In this document: one piece after another, positions 7,078-16,982 of the stretch
Position numbering within the stretch: the stretch's first letter is position 1
How the letters are laid out: every line of letters begins with the position of its first letter
Origin: Polyangia bacterium
GTDB taxonomy: Bacteria; Myxococcota_A; Polyangia; Fen-1088
Assembly: GCA_036494575.1 (NCBI GenBank)
Contig: DASXOE010000020.1
Span: 4,638-68,637, forward strand
Reading direction: 5' to 3'
Length of the DNA: 64,000 bases
Notes under the pieces: generated by a model
Told to the model about the DNA's origin: nothing
Database searches by the model: none
What the model saw: the letters and a program-made list of their open reading frames with translations, nothing else
Translations under genes and position numbers: made by a program

Positions 7078-8421
7078 CTAGCCGAGGTGGCGGTGGACCT
7101 CGAGGCGGGCGTGGCGGCGGACGCGGCGCGCGCGCGCGAGGCGCTGGTGCCGCTCGGCCATCGCGAGCTCGTGCGTGATGGTCCGGTCGGGCGGCAGCAC
7201 GAAGGCCGCGAGGAAGCGCACAGGATCCTCGAGCTCGCCGTCGCGGTGCACCTCGAAGTGCAGGTGACTTCCCGAGACCTTGATCCCAGTGCGGCCGACC
7301 GTGCCGATGACGTCGCCGGCCTTGACGGTCTGACCGGCGACGACGCGGAAGCCCGTGAGGTGGAAGTAGCCGCTGCGAATGCCGTCCGCGTGCATGATGC
7401 GCACGAAGAAGCCGCCCGGACCCATCGTGCGAGCGCGGAAGCGGCGCAATTGCCGCGGCAGGAGCGGCCGCGCCGGAATCTGCCCCGGCAGGTCCAGGCC
7501 CGCGAACTGCACGACGCCGTCGGCGACGGCGCGCACCGGCTCGCCAACGGTGGCGTCGATGTCGAGCCCGCGGTGCGCGCGCTCACCACCGTCGCGGTCG
7601 GCGCCCGGCCCGCTCGTGCCGAGGCGCGTGCCGCCCTCGAGCGGCGACACGATGTCGAGCCCGAGCGACGAGGGCCGCACGACGAGCGGCGCGCCCGCGT
7701 AGAGATCGAGGAGGCGCCGGCGCGCCACGAGCGTGCGGTCCTCGGCGGTCGCGCTCCAGACGCGATCGCCCCACACGAAGTGCGCGACGGCCGTGCGGTG
7801 AGGTGTGCTGCCCGAGGCCGCGTCCATGGCGCCGTGCTCGGCGGCCCACATCTCGAGCAGCTGCGCGCCGGCGCGCAGATTGGCGGCCGGCTCGAGCAGG
7901 CGGTCCTCGTCGAGCGCCTCGCGCGCGAACGGCAGGTGCGCGTCGCGCGCGAACATCCGGGGTTGGATCTGGAGCAGACCGACCCCCGTCGGCGTCACGA
8001 GGCCCGGGCGGCAGCGGCTCTCGCGGTAGACCAGCGCCGCGAGCAGGAACGCGTCGACGTGCGTCTCGGCAGAGGCTGAGCGCACGAGGCGGGCGACCTC
8101 GGGCAGCCCCGCGCTGGGCGCGACCTCGCCGCAGAGCGCGACGACGGCCGCCTCGAAGCGCGCCGCATCGACGGGCCCCGTGACGGCTGGCGGCTCCGCG
8201 GGCCAACCCGCCGGATCGCGCAGCTCGTGGATGCCGCGCTTGAGCGGTCCCGCCGTGTGCCGCTGGCGCTGTCCGTCGACGAAGGCCGGCGCCGACGCCG
8301 GCAGCGGCGGGCGCGCCGCGGCGCCTTGATCGCTCTGAGCTGCCGGCTGGTCGCCGTCGATTGCGGGGCCGCCGACGAGCTCGGCGGCGAGGAGGGCCAT
8401 GGGCAGGAGCGCGAACGTCAC
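7078..8421 (-). CDS. Fusion murein hydrolase: lytic transglycosylase (SLT) domain + M23 (LytM) metallopeptidase domain
   Basis: SLT motifs: LLAALVYRESRCRP ... GVGLLQIQPRMF. M23 motifs: HRGLDIDA (HxxxD) and GSHLHFEVH (HxH). The N-terminal 180 aa of the 627-aa track ORF are Ser/Arg-rich junk. The likely start is GTG 8421 or ATG 8400, giving the signal-like MTFALLPMALLAAELVGG. Confidence 0.8.
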   Translation of the reverse strand: MTFALLPMALLAAELVGGPAIDGDQPAAQSDQGAAARPPLPASAPAFVDGQRQRHTAGPLKRGIHELRDPAGWPAEPPAVTGPVDAARFEAAVVALCGEVAPSAGLPEVARLVRSASAETHVDAFLLAALVYRESRCRPGLVTPTGVGLLQIQPRMFARDAHLPFAREALDEDRLLEPAANLRAGAQLLEMWAAEHGAMDAASGSTPHRTAVAHFVWGDRVWSATAEDRTLVARRRLLDLYAGAPLVVRPSSLGLDIVSPLEGGTRLGTSGPGADRDGGERAHRGLDIDATVGEPVRAVADGVVQFAGLDLPGQIPARPLLPRQLRRFRARTMGPGGFFVRIMHADGIRSGYFHLTGFRVVAGQTVKAGDVIGTVGRTGIKVSGSHLHFEVHRDGELEDPVRFLAAFVLPPDRTITHELAMAERHQRLARARRVRRHARLEVHRHLG

Positions 8422-8548
8422 GGGTCGGCTCCCACTCCCATCGGAGCCTCGCCGCGGATCTGTAGAAAATCGGCGGCTTAGCCGGGTGACCGCTTTACGA
8501 ATGGCGCGGAGGGCTCGCCTTCCGTAACCTACCGCGCCACACAACCAC

Positions 8549-9886
8549 ATGACCGAAACCACAGATCCCGAGACCCAACCAGACCCTCCGGCCGGTCCCC
8601 ATCCGGGCATCGAGCAGCTCCGCCGGGCGCTGCGCGAGGTGGAGAGCCGCGACCTCGACCCGCTCACGGCGCCGTGGAGCGAGATCGAGCCTGGCGTCGC
8701 CAAGTTGCTGGGAGGCCCGTTCTCGCCCGAGCGGCAAGAGCACGCCGCCCTCGCCTTCCTCGTGGCGGCGGCCTTCGGCGAGCGCATCTGTCGCGACCTC
8801 GGAGGCTTCTGGTTCCCGAACCGCGCGACGCCCGACGGCGCCGCCGTGGGGTTCGCCGAGGCCTCGGTGATGCTGTCTCCGCTCGAGGTCGTCCTGCAGG
8901 CGCTCGCGCGCTCGCGGCTGACGCTGCTCGACGACGTCGCGACGGATCTGCGCGCGACCATCGAGAGGGCGCGCGCCGCGGCGGCGCTCGACCTCGGCGC
9001 CCCGCGGCTCGGCCCGGAAGACTACCGGCGCATGTTCGACCCTGGCTTCGTCCAGCTCGCGTGCCTCGACCTCGGCAAGGTGCGCGCCGCGCTCGCGCGC
9101 ACGCCGCCCGAGGCCGCGCGTGAGGTCGAGGAGGCCCTCGGCCGCCTCCCGCCCGCCGTGCCCGCCAACGTGCGGGCGTCGATCCGCGATCAGATCGCGG
9201 GCTCGTTGCGCCAGCTCCCCGCCGACGGTTCGCTCTCGTCGCGCGCGCGCGTGGCCTCGCCGCTGGTCGAGCTGCTTGCGCTGCTCGAGGGCGCCACCGA
9301 GACGACGCGCTTCGCGCCCGCCGAGCTTTGGCAGCACGTGCTCTTGCCGCTCTTGCACATCGGGCCCGCCGAGACGTTCCCGCCGCTCGACGAGGACGAA
9401 CGAGCGGCGCTGCGCGAAGGCGCCGATCCCCTCGTGATCTATGTCGACACGGTCCCGTTCCGCACGCCCTCCGAGGACGAGGACGGCCTGCTGGGCGTCT
9501 TCCCACCCGAGGCGCTGGGGGTCATCGATCCGTGCTTCGCGGGCCTGCCGACGATTCGCACGCTCGTCGCGCCCGCGGCCCCGCTCGCAGCCCTCACGGC
9601 CGGGTTCGATCGGGCTGCGCTGCGCGCCTCGGTCGAAAGGTTCACGCAGAAGGCCCTCGGCGAGGCGCAGGCGGGCGAGGCCGCGCCGAGCGGCGAATCG
9701 GCGCTGCTGCCGATCGCCCTCGAGCTGCTCGACGAGCTCTCGCGCGTCCTGGGAGCCGTCGCCGAGGCGCCCGCGGGCGAGCGCGTGCTGTGCATCCGGC
9801 GCGCGCCTGAGGCCGAGGCCGCCTCGGATGGAGCGCTCCAGGAGCTGCGGCGCGCCATGCAGGGCTCGCGCATCATCCTCGCCTGA
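8549..9886 (+). CDS. Hypothetical protein (Ala/Leu/Glu/Arg-rich, no motif recognised)
   Basis: 445 aa with ATG at 8549. Consistent GC3 bias. Ends 22 nt before prfC on the same strand. Confidence 0.6.
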   Translation: MTETTDPETQPDPPAGPHPGIEQLRRALREVESRDLDPLTAPWSEIEPGVAKLLGGPFSPERQEHAALAFLVAAAFGERICRDLGGFWFPNRATPDGAAVGFAEASVMLSPLEVVLQALARSRLTLLDDVATDLRATIERARAAAALDLGAPRLGPEDYRRMFDPGFVQLACLDLGKVRAALARTPPEAAREVEEALGRLPPAVPANVRASIRDQIAGSLRQLPADGSLSSRARVASPLVELLALLEGATETTRFAPAELWQHVLLPLLHIGPAETFPPLDEDERAALREGADPLVIYVDTVPFRTPSEDEDGLLGVFPPEALGVIDPCFAGLPTIRTLVAPAAPLAALTAGFDRAALRASVERFTQKALGEAQAGEAAPSGESALLPIALELLDELSRVLGAVAEAPAGERVLCIRRAPEAEAASDGALQELRRAMQGSRIILA

Positions 9887-9908
9887 CGCATCATCGGACG
9901 GATCGGCA

Positions 9909-11540
9909 ATGGCGTCGCCCCAAGACAAGGCAACCATCAAGACGAACGTCGCCAAGCGGCGTACCTTCGCGATCATCTCGCACCCCGACGCCGGCAAGAC
10001 GACGCTCACGGAGAAGCTGCTGCTCTACGGAGGCGCGCTTCACCTCGCGGGCCAGGTCAAGGGCAAGAAGGGCGCGCGCGCCGTCACGAGCGACTGGATG
10101 GAGATCGAGCGGCAGCGCGGCATCTCGGTGACGAGCAGCGTGCTGCAGTTCGAGTACGCCGGCCGGCACATGAACCTCCTCGACACGCCTGGCCACAACG
10201 ACTTCAGCGAGGACACCTACCGCACGCTCGCGGCGGCCGACACGGCCGTCATGCTCATCGACAGCGTCAAGGGCGTCGAGCCGCAGACCATCAAGCTGTT
10301 CGCGGTCTGTCGGATGCGCGGCATTCCCATCGTGACCTTCGTCAACAAGCTCGACCGCGCCGGCCGGCCGCCCCTCGAGCTGCTCGACGAGATCGAGCGC
10401 ATCCTGGGCATCCCGTGCACGCCCATGAACTGGCCCGTGGGCTCGGGCTCGACCTTCGTGGGCGTCTACGATCGCGAGCGCGCGGCCGTGCTGCGCTTCG
10501 AGCGCGCCGAGGCCGGGTCGACGCGCGCGCCCATGTCGACGGCCGCCCCAGACGATCCCGAGCTCCGCGCGGCGCTCGGCGAGCGCGGCTACGCCGAGTT
10601 CCACGAGGAGCTGGCGCTGCTCGAGGGCGCGGGGCACGGCTTCGACCACGACCGGTTTCTCGCGGGGCAGCTGTCGCCGGTCTTCTTCGGCAGCGCCATG
10701 ACCAACTTCGGCATCGAGCCGTTCCTCGACAAGTTCGTCGAGCTCGCGCCGCCGCCGCGCGCGCGGCCCACGTCCACCGGCACAATCGAGCCGGACGCCG
10801 ATTCGTTCTCGGCCTTCGTTTTCAAGATCCAGGCGAACATGGATCCGCGCCACCGCGACCGCATCGCCTTCGTGCGCGTGTGCTCGGGGCGCTTCGCGCG
10901 GGGCATGGAGGTCGAGCACGTGCGCACGGGCAAGCCGCTCACGATGGCGCGCACGGTGACCTTCCTGGGCCAGGAGCGCACGACCGTCGAGGAGGGCTTC
11001 GCGGGCGACATCCTCGGCGTATGGGACGGCGGCACGCTGCGCATCGGCGACACGCTCGTCACCGGCGCTCGCTTCGAGTTCGAGGGCGTGCCGCGCTTCT
11101 CGCCCGAGCACTTCGTGCAAGCCGTCCTCAAGGATCCGCTCAAGCGCAAGCAGCTCAAGACGGGGCTCGACCAGCTCTCCGAAGAAGGCGCCGTGCAGCT
11201 CTTCTTCGACCGGCACCGCCTGCAGCGCGATCCGATCCTGGGCGCCGTGGGCGTGCTGCAGTTCGAGATCATCCAGCACCGGCTGCTCACGGAGTACGGC
11301 GTCACCGTGGCGCTGTCTCCCCTGCCCTACCGTTACGCGCGCTGGGTCGAGGGCGAGCCCTTCGAGCCCAACAAGTTCGAACGCTCGGGCCACACGACGT
11401 GCGTGCTCGACGTCGAGAACCGCCCCCTCATTCTGTTCGACAGCGACTGGGCGCTGCGCCAGGCCCTCACCGACAATGCGCACTTGAAGTTCGTGGCGGC
11501 CGTGCAGCCGGGCCGCGGCAACCCGCGCGTGGCCGCCTGA
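9909..11540 (+). CDS. prfC: Peptide chain release factor 3 (translational GTPase)
   Basis: Starts MASPQDKATIKTNVAKRRTFAIISHPDAGKTTLTEKLLLYGG, with DTPGHNDF and NKLD GTPase motifs. 543 aa from the ATG at 9909; the track ORF from 9441 is an upstream read-through in the same frame. Confidence 0.92.
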   Translation: MASPQDKATIKTNVAKRRTFAIISHPDAGKTTLTEKLLLYGGALHLAGQVKGKKGARAVTSDWMEIERQRGISVTSSVLQFEYAGRHMNLLDTPGHNDFSEDTYRTLAAADTAVMLIDSVKGVEPQTIKLFAVCRMRGIPIVTFVNKLDRAGRPPLELLDEIERILGIPCTPMNWPVGSGSTFVGVYDRERAAVLRFERAEAGSTRAPMSTAAPDDPELRAALGERGYAEFHEELALLEGAGHGFDHDRFLAGQLSPVFFGSAMTNFGIEPFLDKFVELAPPPRARPTSTGTIEPDADSFSAFVFKIQANMDPRHRDRIAFVRVCSGRFARGMEVEHVRTGKPLTMARTVTFLGQERTTVEEGFAGDILGVWDGGTLRIGDTLVTGARFEFEGVPRFSPEHFVQAVLKDPLKRKQLKTGLDQLSEEGAVQLFFDRHRLQRDPILGAVGVLQFEIIQHRLLTEYGVTVALSPLPYRYARWVEGEPFEPNKFERSGHTTCVLDVENRPLILFDSDWALRQALTDNAHLKFVAAVQPGRGNPRVAA

Positions 11541-13304
11541 TCAGGGCGTTTCGCCGCGGCGGAAGCGGAAGGGATCGCTGACGACGATGTTCTTCAGCAG
11601 CGCCTTCAGCCCCCATCCCTGCCCGCCCCAGCTCGTGCGGATCTGGGTCAGGTAGGGGTCGTCAGCGGCCGTGAGCGAGCGCGACAGCGCGTAGGTCATC
11701 ATCTTCCTGCTGGCGCAGTCCGTGAGCTGCTGGGCGCGCGGCCCCGTCGAGAGGATCGCCGCCAGCTGGCCGAGCGACGAGAAGGCCTCGCCGGTGGGCA
11801 GCATGCCCGACGCGTCGATGGGCGTGGCGCTCGTGGACGCGTAACTCGTGCGGTAGGCGCCCACGGCGTCGAAGTTCTCGAGGCCGAGGCCGATGGGATC
11901 GAGGAGCGCGTGACACGAGGAGCACTCCGCCGCCGCGCGGTGCTGTGTCAGCCGCATGCGGACGTCCTCCTGCTGCGCGGTCGCGTCCGTGGGCTGGGCC
12001 GTGGCGTCGAGCTTGGGCACCGTCGCGGGCGGGTTCGGGATCGTCTGACAGAGCAGGTTGAGGAGCACCCACTTCCCGCGCAGCGTGGGCGCCGTGCGAT
12101 ACGAGAAGGAGGTGAAGGTCAGGAAGCTCCCGAGGCCCAGGAACCCGACGCGGGTCGGCGAGCCGTTCATGACCTTCTGGAAGCCGGCCGTTGCGCCCAC
12201 AGCCGGGAAGCCGTAGTGCTGCGCGAGGCGCGCGTTCACGAAATTCTCCTTCGTCGTGAAGAACGTCGTCATCGGCAGCGGGCCCGTGAGGAACTCGTTG
12301 AAGTACAGGAGCTCCTCTTGGACGAGGGCGGCGCGCAGGCTCTCGTCGAACATCGGGAACGCCGAAGGCTCGACCTGGTGCGCCTGCATGTCGCGCACGC
12401 CCAGCCACTGACCGGCGAAGCTGTTCGTGAAGTTGGCACCCTTCGGATCGGCCAACATGCGGTCGATCTGCGCCGTGAGGCTCGCGTCGGTGTTGAGCTG
12501 CCCCGCCGCCGCCAGATCGAAGAGCGTCTTGTCGGGCATCGTGCTCCAGCTGAGGTACGCGAGGCGGGTCGCGAGCTCATACGGGTCGAGCGTGTGCGCC
12601 GTGAGCGAAGCCGGGTTGGCGTCGTACTCGATGCGATACAGGAACTGGGGCGACGCCAGCAGCGTCGAGACGACCTGCTTGATCGAGTCGTCGGCCGTTT
12701 CGCCGAGCGCGAGCGCGTCCGTGGCGAGCTTGACGAGCCCCGAGACCTCGGCCGACGTCGGCGGCCGGCGCCAGGCCTTTTGCGCGAAGGCCGCGATGAT
12801 CTTCTGCGAGCATGCGGTGTCCGTCGCCGACGGCGCGCAAGGCGGCGACACGAGGCCGTAGACGTAAGTTTGACGCAGGCCCGCCGCGGCCGTGTCCATG
12901 AACACCGTCTCGCCGATGGCGTTCGCCGAGTTGAAGTACTGCTCGTAGCGCGCGTCGTTCATCGTGAAGGCGTCCGCGTCGTTGTCGAACTCACCCTCCT
13001 CGTCGGGCTGGAAGGTCTTCTGCGCCATGCCGTCGACGCCCAGGAGGTCGCGCATGGTGTTGTCGTACTCGAGGTTGTTGAGGCGATGGATCGAGACGCG
13101 GCCCACGTCGCCATTCACGCGCGGGACCCCGGCCGGCCCGCCACCGGCGGCGGCGCCGCCCGTCGGCCCCGCACTCGGGGACCTGCCCTGATCGCCGATG
13201 ACGCCCGTGCAAGCCACCGCGACGAGCGCGCTCGCGACGCCAAAGAGCAGCGCCCACGGGGAGAGAGTCGGAGCGGGGACGTGGCCCTCGTTTCGAGCTT
13301 TCAT
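11541..13304 (-). CDS. DUF1592/DUF1588/DUF1585-family lipoprotein with a CxxCH heme-binding motif
   Basis: AAAECSSCHALLDPIGLGLENFDAVGAYR is a family hallmark. Lipoprotein-like N-terminus MKARNEGHVPAPTLSPWALLFGVASALVAVAC from the ATG at 13304. Its stop codon abuts the prfC stop. Confidence 0.8.
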   Translation of the reverse strand: MKARNEGHVPAPTLSPWALLFGVASALVAVACTGVIGDQGRSPSAGPTGGAAAGGGPAGVPRVNGDVGRVSIHRLNNLEYDNTMRDLLGVDGMAQKTFQPDEEGEFDNDADAFTMNDARYEQYFNSANAIGETVFMDTAAAGLRQTYVYGLVSPPCAPSATDTACSQKIIAAFAQKAWRRPPTSAEVSGLVKLATDALALGETADDSIKQVVSTLLASPQFLYRIEYDANPASLTAHTLDPYELATRLAYLSWSTMPDKTLFDLAAAGQLNTDASLTAQIDRMLADPKGANFTNSFAGQWLGVRDMQAHQVEPSAFPMFDESLRAALVQEELLYFNEFLTGPLPMTTFFTTKENFVNARLAQHYGFPAVGATAGFQKVMNGSPTRVGFLGLGSFLTFTSFSYRTAPTLRGKWVLLNLLCQTIPNPPATVPKLDATAQPTDATAQQEDVRMRLTQHRAAAECSSCHALLDPIGLGLENFDAVGAYRTSYASTSATPIDASGMLPTGEAFSSLGQLAAILSTGPRAQQLTDCASRKMMTYALSRSLTAADDPYLTQIRTSWGGQGWGLKALLKNIVVSDPFRFRRGETP

Positions 13305-13444
13305 GTCTGACTCCTCGAGAAGCTCTGTGGGAGCGCCGAGCGCCCTGGGCCGGCGGATGGACCACGCCGGGCTCACGCTGCGACCTCGTGCCGGAATATA
13401 TGTCGTTTAGGGGCGGATCGGAACAGGATCCGATGAGACGCGCA

Positions 13445-15064
13445 TTAGTGTAGTCCGGGCGCCTCGTGGCCGCTACGCGCCACGTACTCGAGGTAGCCGC
13501 CGCCATAGGGCGTGGGCCCCTCGGGACCGAGCTCGAGGACGCGGTTCGAGAGCTGGGCGAGGAACTGACGGTCGTGCGACACGAAAAGCATCGTCCCTTC
13601 GTAGTCGCGCAGCGAACGGACGATCATGTCCTTCGTGGCCAGATCGAGGTGGTTGGTGGGCTCGTCGAGCACGAGGAAGTTGGGCCGCTCGTAGAGGATG
13701 CGCGCGAGCACGAGGCGCGCCTTCTCGCCGCCCGAGAGCACGCGACAGACCTTGTCGATGTCGTCGCCCGAGAAACCGAAGCAACCGGCGAGCGTGCGCA
13801 GCGAGCCCGGGTTCGCGAGGGGGAAGGCCTCCTCGAGGACTTCATAGACTGACTTGTCGGCCTCGAGGATCTCCATGGCGTGCTGCGCGAAGTAGCCGAG
13901 CTTGACGCTCGCGCCCACGGTGACGGCGCCGGCGTCGGGCGCGGCCTCGCCCGAGACGAGCTTGAGGAGCGTCGACTTTCCCGCGCCGTTGACGCCCATG
14001 ACGGCCCAACGGTCCTTGCGACGGATCGAGAGATCGAGGCCGTCGTAGATGACCTTGTCGCCGAAGCGCTTGCCGAGGCGCTCGATCTTCACGACGTCCT
14101 CGCCGGAGCGCGCGCACGGCGGGAACTCGAACTCCAGCGTCTTGCGCCGCTTGGGCGGCTCGACCTTTTCTATCTTGTCGAGCTTCTTGACGCGCGACTG
14201 CACTTGCGACGCCTTGGCGGCTTGGGCCTTGAAGCGCTCGATGAAGCGCATCTCCTTGGCGAGCATCGCCTGCTGGCGGTCGTAGGCGGCCTCGGCCTGC
14301 ACCTCGTTGAGGGCGCGCTGGCACTCGTAGAAGTCATGGTTGCCCGAGAAGCTCGTGAGGACGCCGCCGTCGATCTCGATGATGCGCCCCACGATGCGGT
14401 TCATGAGCTCTCGATCGTGCGAGGTCATGAACAGCGCGCCCTCGTAGGCCTTGAGGAAGTTCTCCAGCCAGATGAGCGACTCGAGGTCGAGGTGGTTGGA
14501 CGGCTCGTCGAGGAGCATGGCGTCGGGCCGCATGAGCAAGATGCGCGCGAGGGCGACGCGCATCTTCCAGCCGCCCGAGAGGAGAGCGACGTCGCCGTCC
14601 TGGCTGTCTTGCGAGAAACCCAGGCCCGCGAGGATCTCTCTCGCGCGCGCCTCGAGCGCGTAGCCGCCGAGCTCGTCGAAGCGCGCCTGCGCCTCGCCGA
14701 AGCGCTCGAGCAGCTTGTCGAGCTCATGCGCGCGCGAAGGCTCGCCGAGCGCCTGCTCGAGGTGCGCGAGCTCAGCGGCGGCCGCGGCGACGGGGCCCGC
14801 GCCCGCCATGACCTCGGCCACGACGGGGCGGCCCGCCATGTCGCCCACGTCCTGGCTGAAGTAGCCGATCGTGACGTTCCGGTCGATCGAGACCTGGCCC
14901 TCGTCTGGCGTCTCTTCGCGCATGATCATGCGGAAGATCGTCGACTTGCCGGCGCCGTTCGGGCCGACGAGACCCACCTTCTCGCCACGGTGGATGGCGG
15001 CCGAGGCCTCGACGAAGAGGATCTGCGGGCCGTGCTGCTTGCTGACTTGATCGAGGCGAATCAC
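13445..15064 (-). CDS. ABC-F family ATPase (two ABC cassettes, no TM domain)
   Basis: 539 aa. Two Walker A motifs (GPNGAGKST, GVNGAGKST), two LSGG signatures (LSGGWKMRV, LSGGEKARL) and a Walker B LLDEP(S/T)NHLD in each half. GTG start. Confidence 0.9.
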   Translation of the reverse strand: MIRLDQVSKQHGPQILFVEASAAIHRGEKVGLVGPNGAGKSTIFRMIMREETPDEGQVSIDRNVTIGYFSQDVGDMAGRPVVAEVMAGAGPVAAAAAELAHLEQALGEPSRAHELDKLLERFGEAQARFDELGGYALEARAREILAGLGFSQDSQDGDVALLSGGWKMRVALARILLMRPDAMLLDEPSNHLDLESLIWLENFLKAYEGALFMTSHDRELMNRIVGRIIEIDGGVLTSFSGNHDFYECQRALNEVQAEAAYDRQQAMLAKEMRFIERFKAQAAKASQVQSRVKKLDKIEKVEPPKRRKTLEFEFPPCARSGEDVVKIERLGKRFGDKVIYDGLDLSIRRKDRWAVMGVNGAGKSTLLKLVSGEAAPDAGAVTVGASVKLGYFAQHAMEILEADKSVYEVLEEAFPLANPGSLRTLAGCFGFSGDDIDKVCRVLSGGEKARLVLARILYERPNFLVLDEPTNHLDLATKDMIVRSLRDYEGTMLFVSHDRQFLAQLSNRVLELGPEGPTPYGGGYLEYVARSGHEAPGLH

Positions 15065-15091
15065 GGGAAGGCGAGGGTCCTACCGCGGAAA

Positions 15092-16939
15092 TCAGGCCGA
15101 GAGCAACGTCTCGAGCTCGGCCCAGCGCGCGTAGAGGCGATCCACCTCGGCGCGCGCCGTGGCCGACTGCTCCGCGATCGCCACGAGCCGCGCGGCGTCA
15201 CTCACGACCGCGGGGCTCGTGGCCTCGGCCTCGAGCGCCGAGAGCTTCCCCTCGGCGTCGGCGATGCGCGCCTCGATGCCGTCCCACTCGCGCTGCAGGT
15301 TGAAGCTGAGCTTCTTGCGCGGCGCGGGCGCGGGCGCCGCCTCGGCCGCCGCCGCCGCGAGCGCGGCGGCACGCGACGCGCGCGTCGCGGGACCCTGCGC
15401 GGCGTGCCACTCCTCCCACTGCGACAAACCAGCGAATGCCGACACGCGCCCCTCCTCCCCCGGCTTGACGTGAAACGCGAGGATCTGAGTCGCGACCTGA
15501 TCGAGGAAGTACCGATCGTGCGTCACGATGAGTACGGCGCCCTCGAAGCTCGTGAGGGCCTCCTCGAGCACCCCCAGCGTGTGCAGATCGAGGTCGTTCG
15601 TCGGCTCGTCGAGCACCAGCACGCTCGCGGGCCGCAGCATGAGCTGCGCGACGAGCAGCCGGCTCTGCTCGCCGCCCGAGAGGCGTCCCACGGGCTGCGC
15701 CATCTGCTCCGAACGGAAGAGGAAGCGCTCGAGGTAGCCGTGGCGGTGAACGCGCGCGCCGCGGAACTGCACGAAGTCGCCGTCGGGACAGACGGTGTCG
15801 GCTACGGAGCGCGCCGGGTCGAGGGCGGCCCGATCCTGCTCGAAGAAAGCGATCTCGAGGGCGTCGGCGCGCGCGACTTCGCCGGCCGTCGGCGCCTGCG
15901 CGCCCGTGAGCACGCGCAGCAGCGTCGACTTGCCGCAGCCGTTCGGGCCGAGCAGGCCGAGACGCGTGCCCGGGCCCACGAGGACGTCGACGCCCTCGAA
16001 GACGGCGCGCGCGCCGTAGCGAACCGAAACGCCGCGCGCCTCGATGAGCCGCTTGGTCTTGCGGCCGCTGCCCTGGAAGTCCAGCGCCACGGCGCGCGCG
16101 CGGTTGCGTGTCGCGAGCTCGCCGACCTCGTCCGCGAGCGCGCCCGCACGCTGGATGCGCGCCTCCTGCTTCGTCGAGCGCGCCTTCGGGCCGCGGCGCA
16201 GCCACTCGGTCTCGCGCCGCAAGGTGTTGCGCAGGACGTCCTCGCGACGCTCTTGGGCCGACATGGCCTCGGCCTTGCGATCGACGTACGTCGCGTAGTC
16301 ACCGGCGACGTCGAGCAGCCCGCCCGCGTTGCGGCGGTCGAGCTCGAGGATCCGGTTGGCGGCGCGTTGCAGGAACAATCGGTCGTGGGTCACCGTGACG
16401 GTCGCGAAGCGCGCGCCGGCCAGGAACCGCTCGAGCCAGAGGATGCTCTCGATGTCCAGGTGGTTGGTGGGCTCGTCGAGCAGCACGAGCTCGGGGTCGC
16501 CCACGAGAGCGCGCGCGAGCGCGACCCGCTTGCTCCAGCCGCCCGAGAGCTTCGCGACCGCCTGGTCGGCGCCGGCCTCGGGGCCCGCGAGCCCCAGCTT
16601 CGCGATGAGCTCCTCGACGCGCGCCTCGTCCTCCCAAGAGCCGGCCGCCCTGGCCGCCTCCGGCAAACCGGAAGCGATGGCCGCTCGCACCGTGGCGCCC
16701 GGCGCGAAGGTGGGCATCTGCGGCAGAGATGCCACGCGCAGCCCGCCCCGCCTGGCGACGCTCCCGCGATCGGGGCCGAGCTCGCCCGCGAGGATGCGCA
16801 GCAACGTCGACTTGCCGGCGCCGTTGGGCCCGATCAGCCCCACGCGATTTCCGTCGGCCAGCGTGAAGCTGACGTCGTCGAAGAGCGCCCGAGCGCCGAA
16901 CGCATGCCCGAGCCCCTGCGCGGAAAGAAGAATCGCCAC
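15092..16939 (-). CDS. ABC-F family ATPase, Uup-like (C-terminal coiled-coil extension)
   Basis: 615 aa. Contains GPNGAGKST, GPNGCGKST, LSGGWSKRV and LSGGEQSRL. The C-terminal tail is Ala/Glu/Arg-rich and helical. GTG start. Confidence 0.9.
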   Translation of the reverse strand: MAILLSAQGLGHAFGARALFDDVSFTLADGNRVGLIGPNGAGKSTLLRILAGELGPDRGSVARRGGLRVASLPQMPTFAPGATVRAAIASGLPEAARAAGSWEDEARVEELIAKLGLAGPEAGADQAVAKLSGGWSKRVALARALVGDPELVLLDEPTNHLDIESILWLERFLAGARFATVTVTHDRLFLQRAANRILELDRRNAGGLLDVAGDYATYVDRKAEAMSAQERREDVLRNTLRRETEWLRRGPKARSTKQEARIQRAGALADEVGELATRNRARAVALDFQGSGRKTKRLIEARGVSVRYGARAVFEGVDVLVGPGTRLGLLGPNGCGKSTLLRVLTGAQAPTAGEVARADALEIAFFEQDRAALDPARSVADTVCPDGDFVQFRGARVHRHGYLERFLFRSEQMAQPVGRLSGGEQSRLLVAQLMLRPASVLVLDEPTNDLDLHTLGVLEEALTSFEGAVLIVTHDRYFLDQVATQILAFHVKPGEEGRVSAFAGLSQWEEWHAAQGPATRASRAAALAAAAAEAAPAPAPRKKLSFNLQREWDGIEARIADAEGKLSALEAEATSPAVVSDAARLVAIAEQSATARAEVDRLYARWAELETLLSA

Positions 16940-16982
16940 GCGCGCAGTCTAGTCTACGCGGGCCCCCCACCCTACCCTCTCT

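Noticed and set aside
8422-8961. N-terminal 180-aa extension of the SLT/M23 ORF
   Set aside because: The extension is Ser/Arg-rich with no signal peptide and overlaps the start region of the divergent gene at 8549. A GTG/ATG followed by a signal-like hydrophobic segment at 8421/8400 is a much better start.
9441-9908. Upstream 156-codon extension of the prfC ORF
   Set aside because: It overlaps the 3' end of the 8549-9886 CDS in another frame and translates to Arg/Ser/Pro junk. RF3 homology begins at the ATG at 9909.
13414-13432. CGGATC-N7-GATCCG inverted repeat downstream of the ABC-F gene, as a terminator
   Set aside because: The stem is 6 bp with a 7-nt loop and no U-tract, comparable to background palindromes in this GC-rich sequence.
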